Part shown: piece after piece, positions 57,075 through 57,938 of the stretch | How positions within the stretch are numbered: position 1 is the stretch's first letter | How the letters are laid out: the number at the start of each line of letters is the position of its first letter | From: an uncultured delta proteobacterium | Lineage (GTDB): Bacteria; Myxococcota_A; Polyangia; Polyangiales; Polyangiaceae | Direction of reading: 5' to 3' | Assembly: GCA_963716725.1 (NCBI GenBank) | Contig: CAVQUB010000028.1 | Span: forward strand, 1 to 57,938 | Length of the DNA stretch: 57,938 nt | Position numbers and translations under genes: made by a program | Notes under the pieces: generated by a model | What the model was told of the DNA's origin: nothing | Database searches by the model: none | Seen by the model: only the letters and a program-made list of their open reading frames with translations

Positions 57075-57622
57075 TGCGCGTCTCCCTGGGTCTTGAGCGT
57101 GTCCATGCGCCGCTGGTGCCGCGCTTTCTCCTTGTCGATCAGCTTGTCCACTCGACTCACCAATTCGGTCTTCTCTTCGGCTTTGGCTACGGCCCGGATG
57201 CGGTTCAGGCGAGCCATCCGCCAGGCGTGCACCTTGAGCTCGGCTCGCATTCCCGGATGCTCGCTCAGCGGGCCCCACTTCTTCTTGATCTCCTCGCGGC
57301 GCTCCTGGCGCCGGGCCTTGCGCGTCTCGCGGAGCTTCGCCCCGGCTTCAGCGAGCTCTTTCCGGGCCTCCTTGACCTCCTTGTGGGCCTCCTTGGCCTC
57401 GGCTTTCGCTTCGTCCTTCGCTTCGGCGGCGGCGTCCCGGGCACCGGCGACCTTCTCCTTGAAGTCGGCCTTCTTCTCCTTGAGCTTGTCGCGCGCCTCC
57501 TTGCGCGCTTCCGCAGCCTTGCCGACGGGACCTTTGCCTGCGGGAGCATCATCCGCGTAGGCCGGAACGCTGAACAGCGCGGCGCAGAGGGACGAGAGCA
57601 CGAGCCTCGAGAGGGAATTCAT
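57071..57622 (-). CDS. Secreted Lys/Glu-rich coiled-coil protein
   Basis: AGGAG RBS, signal peptide ending AYA, long charged helix. Confidence 0.7.
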   Translation of the reverse strand: MNSLSRLVLSSLCAALFSVPAYADDAPAGKGPVGKAAEARKEARDKLKEKKADFKEKVAGARDAAAEAKDEAKAEAKEAHKEVKEARKELAEAGAKLRETRKARRQERREEIKKKWGPLSEHPGMRAELKVHAWRMARLNRIRAVAKAEEKTELVSRVDKLIDKEKARHQRRMDTLKTQGDAQ

Positions 57623-57808
57623 GTCGTTCTCCTGTTGGACGAGCCGGGCCAACCGTCGATGGACCGCGGGGCGGCATCTTGAGCTGGGCGGCCCGGTGAG
57701 CGCCAGGCTGGGTTCGATTGAGCCATGATTTCGCCGGCTTCCGTCCGGGTCGCGGTGGCGAAGTCGGCTATGGCATCGGCGCAGCTCGTGCAATGATGGG
57801 TTCCGCGC

Positions 57809-57938
57809 ATGTCCGCCACCGCCCGCGGCCTACTCGGTGTCTTTGCGATCGGGCTCCTCACCGGCGCTGCCGCCATTGGCGCGAGCGTGGCTTGGGACGA
57901 CGCCTGGACCGAAATCGTCCGGCAGTTCTGGGTGGTGT
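57809..57938 (+). CDS. Probable membrane or exported protein, 3' partial
   Basis: MSATARGLLGVFAIGLLTGAAAIGASVAWDDAWTEIVRQFWVV is open to the window end. Confidence 0.4.
   Translation, partial: MSATARGLLGVFAIGLLTGAAAIGASVAWDDAWTEIVRQFWVV

Overview
High-GC, gene-dense window that looks like Myxococcota, probably Polyangiales (inferred from Gly/Cys-rich lipoproteins, PPC/P-domain proteases, an FGE-like lipoprotein and a Hanks kinase). It holds about 48 CDS and one tRNA-Glu(TTC). Main content: a probable decayed integration site at the tRNA 3' end next to a diaminopropionate ammonia-lyase; a Zn/Mn uptake operon (outer-membrane receptor plus ZnuA/C/B-like ABC) that continues into MscS and two antiporter-like genes; a surface protease cluster; queG; a GldA/F/G-DUF4340-type ABC operon; a multiheme cytochrome and Cys-rich lipoprotein operon; a cusCBA copper/silver efflux operon; and two tandem Thr-type sulfatase-like genes. 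The best candidate for an undescribed system: both metal operons are headed by a small exported, metal-ligand-rich leader ORF with a proline arrest-like motif near its end. The uptake leader is His-rich (...APKQGPPRS*) and the efflux leader is Cys-rich (...RARGPP...). In the efflux case the leader stop codon overlaps a sequence complementary to the cusC Shine-Dalgarno. This suggests ribosome-stalling metal sensors of the CruR/CutF type with opposite outputs (inference). Several genes carry a TAnnnT -10 box 6-9 nt before the start codon, pointing to leaderless mRNAs. About ten frameshifts, mostly explained by single-base indels, in otherwise intact genes are most likely assembly errors. All product calls come from motif reading only; no database searches were run.
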